Assembly (NCBI GenBank): GCA_023132875.1
Contig: JAGLXN010000017.1
Span: 22,142-86,141, forward strand
Reading direction: 5' to 3'
DNA: 64,000 bases
Origin: Candidatus Parcubacteria bacterium
GTDB taxonomy: Bacteria > Patescibacteriota > Minisyncoccia > JAHIHE01 > JAGLIN01
The position numbers and the translations under genes were made by a program. Shown piece by piece: positions 9,318-19,459 of this stretch. A model generated the notes under the pieces. It made no database searches, was not told the DNA's origin, and worked only from the letters and a program-made list of their open reading frames with translations. Position 1 is the first letter of the stretch; every line of letters starts with the position of its first letter.

Positions 9318-10898
9318 ATGTCAATTATTTTAATTACAATATTAATATTATTTCTCATCAAAATTGTCCGTGATAGCTTGTTTTGTGTTTGGCTTTGGCA
9401 GGTGAAAGAATATCGGATAGATCGGATGAAATCTTATTTGAGAGACGAGAAAAGTATTATTTATAAAAATATTAATTATTTATTTGTTTTGATTTTATTT
9501 TTTATTTGCATTTTGGTTCCACAGCCATTCGGGACTATGGAACTAATGATTCTTATTTATTTAACGCTTTTATTTTTTACTTTTACTTTTTACCAAATTT
9601 TAATAGAAATAAAAGATAGAATTTTAAAAAGACCAAAGTTGACTTTTAAGATAATTCTAATATTTTTCATAGAAGCCACCTTTTATTTTTCGTTCTTTGT
9701 ATTTTACTGGATTCCCGCATTCGCGGGAATGACAAGACCTGCGGTCTTGATCCTACTATTACTATTTATTTATCTCATCACTCCTTTTTTAATTGCTACA
9801 ATTATTTTGTTAACAAATCCATTTTTTAATTTCCAAAAAAGAATAATAAAAAAAAAAGCCACCGAAAAAATGAAGGGATTGAAAAAAGTAAAAGTTATCG
9901 GTATTACGGGCAGTTACGGAAAGACAAGCACGAAAGAATTTCTATATGCGATATTGAACCAGAAATATAAAGTTGTAAAAACAGAAGGGAATAATAATAC
10001 GAATATCGGCGTGGCTTATACTGTTTTAAATAAAGTGAGTGATAAATATGATTATTTTATCTGTGAAATGGGCGCTTATAAAATTGGCGAAATCGCAGAA
10101 ATTTGTAAAATAGTAAAACCGGAAGTTGGAATTTTAACAGGAATTAACGAACAGCATATTGATTTATTTGGGTCTATTGAGAATACGGTTAAAGCGAAGT
10201 TTGAATTGATTGAGGCGTTGCCAGAGAACGGATTGGCGGTAATAAATGAAAAATTAAAAAATCAAAATGGAAAATTACAATTTAAAATTAAAAATGTTAA
10301 ATATTTTTCTTTGAACAATGTAAATGATATTAAAGTTTGTCAGGATTATGTAGGGTTTAATTATAAGAACTATAAATTTAAAACTAATCTTCTTGGCAAG
10401 CATTATATAGAAAATATTTTATCTGCTATAATGATAGCAGAATGTTTGGGAATAAGTTTGGATGAAATTGCAAAAGCAGTAGAGAAAATAAAACCGACTG
10501 AATTTATGATAAGAAAATTATACGGTCCAAATAATTCTATTTTTATTGATGACAGTTATAGCGCAAATCCTGATGGCGTAATCGCGGCGCTTGATTATTT
10601 AGATGAAGCGTATCAAGATTATAAAAAAATAATTGTTTTTCCAGGGATAATTGAATTGGGAAACAAGTCAAAAGAAGTGCATCAAAAATTATTTAGTAAA
10701 ATAGATAAAATTTGCGACTTTGCTTATATACTGAATACAGAATACAGAATACAGAATACTAATAACAAATTTGTTTTTGAGAAGGATTTTAATAAAGTGG
10801 CGAGAATGCTGAAAAATAATCTCAACGAAAAATCTGTTGTTCTTTTTGAAAGCCGGGGAGCGGGAGTGGCGATGGGAAAAGTAAAAATAGAAAAATAA
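9318..10898 (+). CDS. murF: UDP-N-acetylmuramoyl-tripeptide--D-Ala-D-Ala ligase with N-terminal membrane domain
   Basis: GITGSYGKTSTKE, EMGAY, DDSYSANPDG, ELG; several N-terminal TM helices. Confidence 0.88.
   Translation: MSIILITILILFLIKIVRDSLFCVWLWQVKEYRIDRMKSYLRDEKSIIYKNINYLFVLILFFICILVPQPFGTMELMILIYLTLLFFTFTFYQILIEIKDRILKRPKLTFKIILIFFIEATFYFSFFVFYWIPAFAGMTRPAVLILLLLFIYLITPFLIATIILLTNPFFNFQKRIIKKKATEKMKGLKKVKVIGITGSYGKTSTKEFLYAILNQKYKVVKTEGNNNTNIGVAYTVLNKVSDKYDYFICEMGAYKIGEIAEICKIVKPEVGILTGINEQHIDLFGSIENTVKAKFELIEALPENGLAVINEKLKNQNGKLQFKIKNVKYFSLNNVNDIKVCQDYVGFNYKNYKFKTNLLGKHYIENILSAIMIAECLGISLDEIAKAVEKIKPTEFMIRKLYGPNNSIFIDDSYSANPDGVIAALDYLDEAYQDYKKIIVFPGIIELGNKSKEVHQKLFSKIDKICDFAYILNTEYRIQNTNNKFVFEKDFNKVARMLKNNLNEKSVVLFESRGAGVAMGKVKIEK
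9707..9734. repeat. GTCA/TGAC-tagged palindrome in frame in murF (WIPAFAGMT)
   Basis: ctggattcccgcattcgcgggaatgaca; 26/28 identical to the inverted intergenic copy at 27488-27515. Confidence 0.85.
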
Positions 10899-10933
10899 AA
10901 AAAGAAGTGTAGCTTATTATTTAAACTAAACTT

Positions 10934-11164
10934 CTAATATCCCGAACTTTCAACGCAGCACGAATTATTTAATGGAAAACCTTTTATTTCAGATTCTATT
11001 CTTGAGACCCCATCTTTTGAAAATTCAAACTTTAATTTACATTTTGGACATTTTGGATTTTCACCATTTATTTTGAAGTTTTCGTCTCTTTCAAAATAAG
11101 GTTTTTCTTTTCCTTCTGTATCAATGTGCTGATAGCAATAAGGACATACTATTATCATTTTCAT
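10934..11164 (-). CDS. small orphan zinc-ribbon protein
   Basis: CPYC...CPKC; AGGAG SD. Confidence 0.6.
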   Translation of the reverse strand: MKMIIVCPYCYQHIDTEGKEKPYFERDENFKINGENPKCPKCKLKFEFSKDGVSRIESEIKGFPLNNSCCVESSGY

Positions 11165-11205
11165 TCAATCTCCTATTATCTTTAATTTAATATATAATAT
11201 ACACT

Positions 11206-12471
11206 ATGTCAATATTCAAAAAATTCCAACCAATCGCATCTGCACTTGCGCCGAATTATACTGTTTGGGATCTTTTAATTTGTGATAAATATCTATTATT
11301 GCCTTGGAATTGGGGGAAACTGCAAGAAGGAAAAAATACCAGAAAACTGGAAAGAAAATTTTGCGAATATATGGATTCAAGGTGGGCAATTAGTTTTGAT
11401 AGCGGACGAAGCGGTTTATATACGATTTTGAAGTGTCTTGAAATTAAAGATTACGATGAAATAATACTACAAGCATTTACAACAGTGGCTCTCCCAAATG
11501 TTATAATGTGGTGCGGAGCAAAACCGGTTTATGTTGATATAGATGAAAAAACTTATAATATAGATCCAGATAAAATCGAAGAAAAAATTACAGATAAAAC
11601 AAGAGTGATTATTGTTCAGCATACATTTGGTAATCCAGTAGAAATGGACAGGATTATGAAAATTGCCAGAAATCATAATTTATATGTCATTGAAGATTGC
11701 GCGCATTCTTTGGGAGGGAAATATAAAAACAAAAAAACAGGGACAATAGGAGATATAGCTTTCTTTAGTTTTGGAAGAGATAAAATTATTTCTTCTGTTT
11801 CAGGAGGAATGGTTATAACGGCAAATCAAGAACTTGGGGGAAAAATAAAAGAATTTAGAGATCAAATGCCATATCCTAAAAAATCTTTAATAGTAAGACA
11901 GCTCTTGCATCCTATAATAACTTTTAAGGCTTTAAAATTATATTATTTTTTCAATATTGGAAAAATCATAATGTATTTATCCAGTAAATTTGAAATTATA
12001 ACAAAAGCTTATAGCAAAGAAGAAAAAATAAACCAAAAACCAGATAATTTTCCCGCAAAAATGCCAAACGCACTTGCCGGAATTGCACTACATCAGATGA
12101 AACTTATTAATAAATTTAATAGCCACAGAATAAAAATTGCAAATTTATATAAAGAAAAATTATCTGATAATATAAACATAAGTTTAACAAAATCAACCCC
12201 CGAATCAAAAAATATATTTTTATGGTATACTATCTTAGTTGAAAATAAAAAAGAACTTATTAAAAAAGCTCGAAAAAAACATATAATTTTAGGCAGTTGG
12301 TTTCCGCAGGCAGTTGGACCGATTGAAGTTGATGTTGAAAAATCTGGCTATAAAAAAGGCAGCTGTCCAATTGCGGAAAAGATAAGCTTGAAGTGCGTCA
12401 ATTTACCGACACATCATAATATAGACAATAAAGATGTTGAGAAGATGGTAAAAGTGATAAATGATTATTAA
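11206..12471 (+). CDS. DegT/DnrJ/EryC1/StrS family PLP-dependent aminotransferase
   Basis: SGRSGL, QHTFG, IEDCAHSLG, FFSFGRDK, LPTH. Confidence 0.9.
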   Translation: MSIFKKFQPIASALAPNYTVWDLLICDKYLLLPWNWGKLQEGKNTRKLERKFCEYMDSRWAISFDSGRSGLYTILKCLEIKDYDEIILQAFTTVALPNVIMWCGAKPVYVDIDEKTYNIDPDKIEEKITDKTRVIIVQHTFGNPVEMDRIMKIARNHNLYVIEDCAHSLGGKYKNKKTGTIGDIAFFSFGRDKIISSVSGGMVITANQELGGKIKEFRDQMPYPKKSLIVRQLLHPIITFKALKLYYFFNIGKIIMYLSSKFEIITKAYSKEEKINQKPDNFPAKMPNALAGIALHQMKLINKFNSHRIKIANLYKEKLSDNINISLTKSTPESKNIFLWYTILVENKKELIKKARKKHIILGSWFPQAVGPIEVDVEKSGYKKGSCPIAEKISLKCVNLPTHHNIDNKDVEKMVKVINDY

Positions 12472-12490
12472 TTAATCCTTCTTAGTATTT

Positions 12491-13519
12491 ATGAATATTA
12501 AAGAAATAACAAATAAATCCCAATGGGAAAATTTTGTTCAAGAAAACAAAGAAAGTACTTTTCTGCAATCTTGGAATTGGGGAGAATTCAATAGAAACAC
12601 AGGAGAAAAAATCTGGCGACTTGGAGTTTTTGACAATGAAGAACTTTTAGCAGTCGCGCTAGTTATAAAAGTAAACGCAAGGAGAGGATCATTTTTATTT
12701 GTTCCGCAGGGACCAATAATAAAGGTATTCAGTATTCAGTATTCAGTATTCAGTATATTAAATGAATTTTTTGATTATTTAAAAGATCTTGGAATAAAAG
12801 AAAGGGTTGGATTTATTCGCGTTAGTCCGATTTTAAAAAATACTGAAGAAAATTTGAATATTTTTGAAAAAGCAGGATTTAGAAACGCGCCGATTCATAT
12901 GATGCACCCAGAAACAACTTGGCTTTTAGATATTACAAAAAGCGAGGATGAAATTTTAAAAGGAATGAGAAAAACGCATAGAAATTTAATTCGTCGCGCG
13001 GCAAAAGAAGATGTTAAAATTATACAAAGCACGGATGAAGAATATCTTAAAGCGTTTTATGATATTCATATGGAAACTGTCCGGCGGCATAAATTTGTCC
13101 CGTTCCCCTATGATTATATAAAGAGCGAAACTGACGCGTTTAAAAACGACGATCAAATAAGCATATTTTCCGCAAAATATAAAGGTGAAATAATTTCATC
13201 CGCTATTATAATATTTTATGGAGAACAAGCTTTTTATCATCATGGCTCATCATCGTCAAAGTATTATAAAATTCCATCATCATATTTAAATCTTTGGGAA
13301 GCAATTAAGGAAGCAAAAAAAAGAGGAAAGAAGAAATTTAATTTTTACGGTATTGTTGAAAATAAGCCGAAACATCCTTGGGCTGGATTGTCAAAATTTA
13401 AAAAAGGATTTGGCGGACACCAAGAGGAACTATTACATTGCCAGGATTTGCCGTTGAATAGAAAATACGCGATTACATGGGTTGTTGAAACAATAAGGAA
13501 AGTTAGAAGAGGATATTGA
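12491..13519 (+). CDS. FemABX-family aminoacyl-tRNA-dependent peptidyltransferase
   Basis: FLQSWNWG, PQGP, MRKTHRNLIRRA, FKKGFGG. Confidence 0.85.
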   Translation: MNIKEITNKSQWENFVQENKESTFLQSWNWGEFNRNTGEKIWRLGVFDNEELLAVALVIKVNARRGSFLFVPQGPIIKVFSIQYSVFSILNEFFDYLKDLGIKERVGFIRVSPILKNTEENLNIFEKAGFRNAPIHMMHPETTWLLDITKSEDEILKGMRKTHRNLIRRAAKEDVKIIQSTDEEYLKAFYDIHMETVRRHKFVPFPYDYIKSETDAFKNDDQISIFSAKYKGEIISSAIIIFYGEQAFYHHGSSSSKYYKIPSSYLNLWEAIKEAKKRGKKKFNFYGIVENKPKHPWAGLSKFKKGFGGHQEELLHCQDLPLNRKYAITWVVETIRKVRRGY

Positions 13520-13524
13520 TGGTG

Positions 13525-13733
13525 AATCAGGAATCAGGAATCAGGAATTATGAATTAGGAATTAAGAACTTTCTATTTTTATAAAAATGCTTAGATGTTT
13601 ATTAGAAATGTTTATTGTAATAGATAAAAGATTCTGAAACAAGTTTAGAATGACAAAATTTGTAATTTTTAAAATAAATTCCATAGTTTCATATAACATA
13701 CAATCCATAATTCATGATTCATGATCCGTAATT
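13525..13733. repeat. inverted heptamer arrays enclosing a GTCA/TGAC-type REP (13629-13655)
   Basis: (gaatcag)3 gaattat gaattag gaattaa ... agattctgaaacaagtttagaatgaca ... tccataa ttcatga ttcatga tccgtaa. Confidence 0.8.
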
Positions 13734-14752
13734 TCAAGTTTAGAAGAAAAAGAATAAAACCATGGCAGCGAAAACCAAGGATTTTTGCGAGTCACAAACC
13801 TATTTTTTTTAAAAAAAATAAAAGCGGTTCTGCTAAAAATCTTAAAAGGGGATTATTGATAGCGTTTGTTTTTTTTGTCGCGTATTTTATTTTTTTCTCG
13901 GAGTTTTTTATAATTAAAAAAATAGATATAAATGGAAACAAAACCATTTCCAATAAAAACATAGAAAAAATCATAAAAAATGAAAACTCAAATCCGATTT
14001 TAGCAATTTTTCCTGGAAATAATTTTTTTCTTACTAACGAGGAAAAAATAGAAAAAAAACTGCTTAGCGAGTTTTCAGAGATCAAAACAATAACAATTAA
14101 AAAAAAGCTTCCAGATACTATAAAAGCGGAGATTGTAGAAAAAAATCCTCTTATTCTTTGGTGCAGAACTGAAAGCTGTTATTATCTTGACACTGAAGGA
14201 ATAGCTTTTATGGCTGAAAGCAGTGATACAGAAGCATATAAAGACAAAAAATTTATAAAAATTATAGAAGAGGTAAAAATTAAAGAAGAGATAGAAGATG
14301 AATTAGAAAGAGAGAAAGAAGAAAAGGAAACTAAGCCAGTGTTTTTAGATAATATTCAAAATACAATTGATTCTGAAATTTCTGATAATCCAGAGCATGA
14401 TGAAAGAGAAAATGATAAAAAAAATGAAGACAAAAATATCATACTAGAACCAATAAAAATAAATGATAAGATCGCGAATGAAGATTTTATAAATTTTGTT
14501 TTTAAATTAGATAATAGCATTAAAAGCGACACTGATATAAAAATTAAATATTATAAGACAAAGGGAGTAAAAACAAGAGAGATAATCGCGTATTCAGATA
14601 AAAACATAAGAATTTATTTTAATACTGCAGATGACGCGAAATTACAAACAACATATCTAAAAGATTTTATGTCTAAAGGAATTGGTAAAAATGAAATAAA
14701 TACATTAGAATATATATACCTTAAATCTGGAAATAAGATTTTTTATAAATAA
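13721..14752 (+). CDS. ftsQ: FtsQ/DivIB-like POTRA-domain cell division protein
   Basis: Basic N-tail, single TM, IKKIDINGN POTRA start, KKLPDTI, acidic insertion, LEYIYL..NKIFYK end. Confidence 0.7.
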   Translation: MIRNFKFRRKRIKPWQRKPRIFASHKPIFFKKNKSGSAKNLKRGLLIAFVFFVAYFIFFSEFFIIKKIDINGNKTISNKNIEKIIKNENSNPILAIFPGNNFFLTNEEKIEKKLLSEFSEIKTITIKKKLPDTIKAEIVEKNPLILWCRTESCYYLDTEGIAFMAESSDTEAYKDKKFIKIIEEVKIKEEIEDELEREKEEKETKPVFLDNIQNTIDSEISDNPEHDERENDKKNEDKNIILEPIKINDKIANEDFINFVFKLDNSIKSDTDIKIKYYKTKGVKTREIIAYSDKNIRIYFNTADDAKLQTTYLKDFMSKGIGKNEINTLEYIYLKSGNKIFYK

Positions 14753-14773
14753 TTGAAATTTAAAATAATTAAA

Positions 14774-16360
14774 ATGAAAAAAATACGAACAAGATTTGCG
14801 CCAAGCCCGACGGGATATCTTCATGTTGGAAGTTTAAGAACTGCGTTATATAATTATCTGTTTGCCAAACATAATAACGGCGATTTTATCCTGCGTATTG
14901 AAGATACGGATAAAGCAAGGTTTGTGGAGGGTTCTATTGAAAATTTAGTGAAAATATTGGACCTAATCGAGCTGAAATATAATGAAGGTGTATTTGTAGA
15001 TAATGACGGAAAAATCTCTCAAAAAGGCAATTTTGGGCCATATATACAATCTGAAAGGCTAGAAATATATAAAAAATATGTTGACAAGCTAATAAAAAAT
15101 GATTATGCATATTTTTGCTTCTGTAGTCAAGAACGGCTGGAAGAAATGAGAAAAGAACAGCAAGCGCAAAAAATGGCTCCTAAGTATGACGGAAAGTGCA
15201 GGGGACTGGATAAAAAAGAAATTCAAAGGCTTCTCGATAAAAAAACTCCCTATGTTGTTCGTCTAAAAACTCCGCAGGAAGGATTTACCGAATTTGATGA
15301 TCTAGTTTATGGAAAAATAAAAATTGAAAACAAGGTAATTGATGATCAAGTTTTGATGAAGTCCGATGGATTTCCAACATATCATTTGGCAAATGTCATT
15401 GATGATCATTTAATGGAAATTTCACATGTCATTCGGGGAGAGGAATGGCTTCCATCAACTCCAAAGCATGTTATTTTATATAAAGCGTTTGGGTGGGATA
15501 TGCCAGAGTTTGCTCATCTACCACTTCTTCTTAATCCCGATAAAAGCAAATTGAGTAAACGTCAGGGCGATGTCGCAGTAGAAAATTATCTAAAAAAAGG
15601 ATATTTACCAGAAGCATTGTTAAACTTTATATTATTACTTGGTTGGAATCCTAAAACTGAAGAAGAAATTTTTTCATTTGATGAAATGATAAAAAGATTT
15701 GATTTGTCTGGAGTTAATAAAACGGGAGCTATTTTCAGTGTAGAAAAACTGGATTGGATAAATGGAACGTATATTCGTTGTATGCCGCTTGAAGAACTTA
15801 CCGAACTTTGTGTTCCATATTTGATTGAGGCAGGATTGATAGAAAGAATTATGAATTATGAATTAAGAATAAAGAATAAAATTCAAAATTCAAAATTCTC
15901 CTCCCGAGGCGGATCAGCCTTGGGCTGGAAGATTCAAAATTCTGATAAGGAAGTAGATTTTGATTATTTAAAAAAAGTTATTGCGCTTGAACAGGAACGG
16001 ATGAAGAAATTGAGTGAGATAGGGGAGCTGGTAAAATTTATCTTTGTTGATAAATTAGATTATGATAAAGATTTACTGGTATGGAAAAAAATGAGCTTTG
16101 AAGAGGTAAAAAATAATTTAGAATTAGCTTATGATGAATTAGAAAAAATAGACGAGAAAGATTTTGTGAAAAATAATTTGGAAGAAGTTTTGAGAAATTT
16201 AATGGGACGAGAGGGGATTAAGACGGGAGAATTGTTATGGCCCTTGCGAGTAGCTTTGACTGGCCTGAAAGGATCACCAGGACCGTTTGAAGTGGCAAGC
16301 GTTTTGGGAAAGGGAAAAGCTTTAAAGAGGATCAGAAAGGTAATTGAATTATTGAGATAA
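14774..16360 (+). CDS. gltX: glutamate--tRNA ligase
   Basis: RFAPSPTGYLHVG, LRIEDTD, KLSKR, LRVALTG; repeat-derived insertion at ~15846-15942. Confidence 0.97.
   Translation: MKKIRTRFAPSPTGYLHVGSLRTALYNYLFAKHNNGDFILRIEDTDKARFVEGSIENLVKILDLIELKYNEGVFVDNDGKISQKGNFGPYIQSERLEIYKKYVDKLIKNDYAYFCFCSQERLEEMRKEQQAQKMAPKYDGKCRGLDKKEIQRLLDKKTPYVVRLKTPQEGFTEFDDLVYGKIKIENKVIDDQVLMKSDGFPTYHLANVIDDHLMEISHVIRGEEWLPSTPKHVILYKAFGWDMPEFAHLPLLLNPDKSKLSKRQGDVAVENYLKKGYLPEALLNFILLLGWNPKTEEEIFSFDEMIKRFDLSGVNKTGAIFSVEKLDWINGTYIRCMPLEELTELCVPYLIEAGLIERIMNYELRIKNKIQNSKFSSRGGSALGWKIQNSDKEVDFDYLKKVIALEQERMKKLSEIGELVKFIFVDKLDYDKDLLVWKKMSFEEVKNNLELAYDELEKIDEKDFVKNNLEEVLRNLMGREGIKTGELLWPLRVALTGLKGSPGPFEVASVLGKGKALKRIRKVIELLR
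15899..15928. repeat. 30-nt GC hairpin module in heptamer array, in frame in gltX
   Basis: tcctcccgaggcggatcagccttgggctgg; other copies at 36568, 50463 and 63029. Confidence 0.9.
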
Positions 16361-16366
16361 AAAAAG

Positions 16367-16385
16367 AACACAGTCTTGCTGTGTT
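16367..16385. terminator. bidirectional terminator between gltX and convergent ORF
   Basis: AACACAG-tcttg-CTGTGTT flanked by A- and T-runs. Confidence 0.6.
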
Positions 16386-16405
16386 TTATTTTATGTTTAT
16401 GATAT

Positions 16406-16675
16406 TTATGGAATTCTGATTTCCATTTCTCTTTCAATCATTATTAATCCTTTTGGATCATCTTCAATTATTCCTATTGCTTCTATTATTTTCATCATTG
16501 CTCCATAAAATTTATTTTCTTTTATTAGGATTACTATTTCCTCTTTTAATTTTTGTATTTCTTCACTCTCTGCTTTTTCCGGGTCCATGACTTCATAAAA
16601 GCCATCTCTGGCTAAAATAGGAAGTTGCAATTCCCTTGCCATCTGTTCTCCTCGTGCTGTTAATTTAACTCTCAT
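16406..16675 (-). CDS. small orphan protein
   Basis: AAGGAGG SD and upstream TTGACA..TATAAT on the - strand. Confidence 0.6.
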   Translation of the reverse strand: MRVKLTARGEQMARELQLPILARDGFYEVMDPEKAESEEIQKLKEEIVILIKENKFYGAMMKIIEAIGIIEDDPKGLIMIEREMEIRIP

Positions 16676-16759
16676 CTGATCTTATCCTCCTTTTTGTTTT
16701 GTTGTTATCATTATAGTAATGTATAAAAATATGTCAAGATGATTAATTCCAAAATCCAA

Positions 16760-16857
16760 ATCAGTGTTTATTTGTATATTTGTCGGCACTTATCGGTATG
16801 CTATTGAATAATTAGACACAGAAAAACACTGACTTCCGGCATTGATGAACACAGATA
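16760..16857. repeat. 9-mer-based repeat arms, reversed arrangement
   Basis: atcagtgtttatttg...gctatt / gacacagaaaaacactgac...gatgaacacagat. Confidence 0.65.
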
Positions 16858-16929
16858 CTAATCTCCCAATTGAACAAACCCAAAAAATATGCTATAATTA
16901 AGACAGTTTAAATAATCATATTCATAAAA

Positions 16930-18270
16930 ATGGTTATAACTAAACACAAAAAGCTAACTATTACATTATTACTATTGGCGTCTTTTGTTGTGTCGCCATT
17001 TTTTGGCATAGAAATAAAGCAAAGCAAAGCAGATCTAGTAGAAGAAATTGAAGACCAAATAAACGAAAAAAGTGAAACAGTAAAAAATCTTGAAAATCAA
17101 GCAGAAGAATATAAAGATCTTATAAGAGGGCTTCGGATAGAAGAACAGAGTCTAGAAAATGAAATTGAGCTTCTTGACGCGCAAGTCGCTCAGCTTAATT
17201 TAGAGATTCAAACAACGCAGACTCAGATAGAACAAACAAATCTTGAAATAAATAATTTACTGCTAAGAATCCAGATAAAGGAAGAAGAAATTGAAAAACA
17301 GAAAGATATTCTGAAAAATTTACTGCGAGAGATAAATGCTTATGATAATGAAACAACGCTTGAAATTCTTCTTAAAAGCAAAGAGTTCTCAGAATTTCTA
17401 AATCAAGCTGAATATATGAACACAGTTGGAGGAAAAATTAAAGATGCTCTTGACGAGCTTAATTCAATAAAGCAAGAATTGGAAGAGAAAAAAGAAGAAA
17501 TGAAAGAAAAGAAAAATCAGCTTGAAGAATTAAGCAAAAAATTGTTGGATCAAAAAGAAATAGTAAACGCGCAAAAAAACGCGAAAGAAGCCTTGCTAAA
17601 AGAAACAAGAGGGAAAGAATATAAATACCAGGATTTACTATTCAATGTCAGGAATCAAAGAAAAACGATTTTAGGCGACATAAACAGGCTTAAAAGAGAA
17701 ATGCAGGTTGAGATCGCAAAAATCGCAGCTATGGCAGAAAGGCCTTCGGAAAATCTTGCGTCCACAAGCTGGTATTTTTCCCAAAATAATTCAAGATGGA
17801 AAGATATGACAATCGGACTTTCAAATTCTTCCGTTGATGATTATGGATGCGCTATTTCGTCCGTAGCAATGGTATTTAAATATTATGGGATAGACATAGA
17901 TCCTGGACGGCTTTCAAAACAGCCTATATTCTATTATGATTTAATTGTTTGGCCCAAACAGTGGAGATTTTTGGATTTAATCAAAAATTCATATCATAAA
18001 TCAGGCGGACTTACTAAGGCTGATTGGAATTTAATAGATCGTGAAATCGCCAGCGGACATCCAGTAATTGTATTTATTAAAGCGCTAGGAAGAGGCGCTG
18101 GACATTATGTCGTAATTCACAGCAAAGACTCAAAAGGATATATTGTCCATGATCCCGTCAGATGGAACGGCCAGAGCGGAGCTAATATATATCTTTCAAC
18201 AACAAGGAAATATATAGGTTCTATATATAAAACAAACACTGTTGTTGACCAAATGATCATTTATCATTGA
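16930..18270 (+). CDS. secreted coiled-coil (PcsB/CwlO-like) protein with C-terminal C39-like cysteine peptidase
   Basis: Signal peptide, long coiled coil, FSQ..W, YGCAISSVAM, GHYVV, HDP. Confidence 0.8.
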   Translation: MVITKHKKLTITLLLLASFVVSPFFGIEIKQSKADLVEEIEDQINEKSETVKNLENQAEEYKDLIRGLRIEEQSLENEIELLDAQVAQLNLEIQTTQTQIEQTNLEINNLLLRIQIKEEEIEKQKDILKNLLREINAYDNETTLEILLKSKEFSEFLNQAEYMNTVGGKIKDALDELNSIKQELEEKKEEMKEKKNQLEELSKKLLDQKEIVNAQKNAKEALLKETRGKEYKYQDLLFNVRNQRKTILGDINRLKREMQVEIAKIAAMAERPSENLASTSWYFSQNNSRWKDMTIGLSNSSVDDYGCAISSVAMVFKYYGIDIDPGRLSKQPIFYYDLIVWPKQWRFLDLIKNSYHKSGGLTKADWNLIDREIASGHPVIVFIKALGRGAGHYVVIHSKDSKGYIVHDPVRWNGQSGANIYLSTTRKYIGSIYKTNTVVDQMIIYH

Positions 18271-18585
18271 TTTAGCTTCTTAGATTATAGCTTCTTAGCT
18301 TTTTAGGAATTATTTCAGGAATTTTTCAGGATGACAAAATAGAAATGATTTTTTATATTTTACGACATAAAGTTATAATATTTGAAATTAATAAAAGAAC
18401 TTTATGATAAAGATTTGGGCTTAATAATAAAAAGCAATTAATATAATAAAAAAAGATAAACCTAACAACTATACAGAAAAATTTATCCAGAAAAGGGATT
18501 TATCGTTTTTATTAGAAACTAAAGCTAAATTTAAGAACTAATGTCGTAAAAGCTACCTTGTGCGACATTACCACTAACTTTTTTT

Positions 18586-18604
18586 ATCCGCTTCCCTAGC
18601 GGAT
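18586..18604 (+). terminator. hairpin at the +/- gene convergence point
   Basis: ATCCGCT-tccct-AGCGGAT followed by TTT. Confidence 0.45.
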
Positions 18605-18681
18605 TTTATGTATATATAACTGAATTGTTAATGTATGTCTTTATTATAATACTTTTAAAATTTGTGTCAAGAATACATTAT

Positions 18682-19035
18682 TTAAATAAACTTATTTATA
18701 AGTGCTCCAAATACTATAAGCGCTAAAGCGAAAATAAGCGAAAATAGTTTATTTATATTATGTTTAAAAACATCACGATCTGTTTCTTTTATTAAGTTTT
18801 TTAGCCCACCTTTTATTTTTAAATCTTTTTCAATTAACAATAAAAAAGTATCTGAAATCATCTCCCTCATTTTTGTTGCTTTTTCTGCTGTTTCACAAAG
18901 CGTGTCTGCTATTTTTTCGTTATTTCCAAACTTATCTTCTAATTGCTCAATCCTTTTCTTAACATTAATAATATCCTCACCATGTTTATCAAGGGATGTT
19001 GTTAGTTTATCTGGATCAAAATCATTCTTGGCCAT
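18682..19035 (-). CDS. hypothetical protein with C-terminal TM anchor
   Basis: Coiled-coil-like body and hydrophobic C-terminus. Confidence 0.65.
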   Translation of the reverse strand: MAKNDFDPDKLTTSLDKHGEDIINVKKRIEQLEDKFGNNEKIADTLCETAEKATKMREMISDTFLLLIEKDLKIKGGLKNLIKETDRDVFKHNINKLFSLIFALALIVFGALINKFI

Positions 19036-19061
19036 AAGGATTATTAATTAAGTTATTACTT

Positions 19062-19328
19062 TTATTCTGGTTTTTTTTTATCTTCAACAATAAGCCCCTC
19101 TCCTGGAATTAAAGCCTTTTTTTCATTTTTTTCTTGAATATAAAGAGTGCTATTTTCTGCTTGAACCATTACAGCAAGAGCAAATCTAAACACACCTTCT
19201 TTATCTTTAAATTTCCATTTTTCCTTAATCTTTTCAAGAACCGACAAATCACCATTATTTATATTAAATAGTAAACCTTCTAATTCTGCGATACTTTTAC
19301 TATCCTTTTTAATTTCATTTATTGCCAT
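19062..19328 (-). CDS. hypothetical protein (possibly ribbon-helix-helix-like)
   Basis: Clean 88-aa ORF co-oriented with the next gene. Confidence 0.6.
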   Translation of the reverse strand: MAINEIKKDSKSIAELEGLLFNINNGDLSVLEKIKEKWKFKDKEGVFRFALAVMVQAENSTLYIQEKNEKKALIPGEGLIVEDKKKPE

Positions 19329-19459
19329 ATTTGTAATAAAATTAATTATTTATAAGCCAATAACCATGCAATAATTCTTACTAATTTCATTATAACACCT
19401 TTTGTAACACTTGACTATACAATTTTAACATTTTTATATTATTAGTCAATAATAATTAC

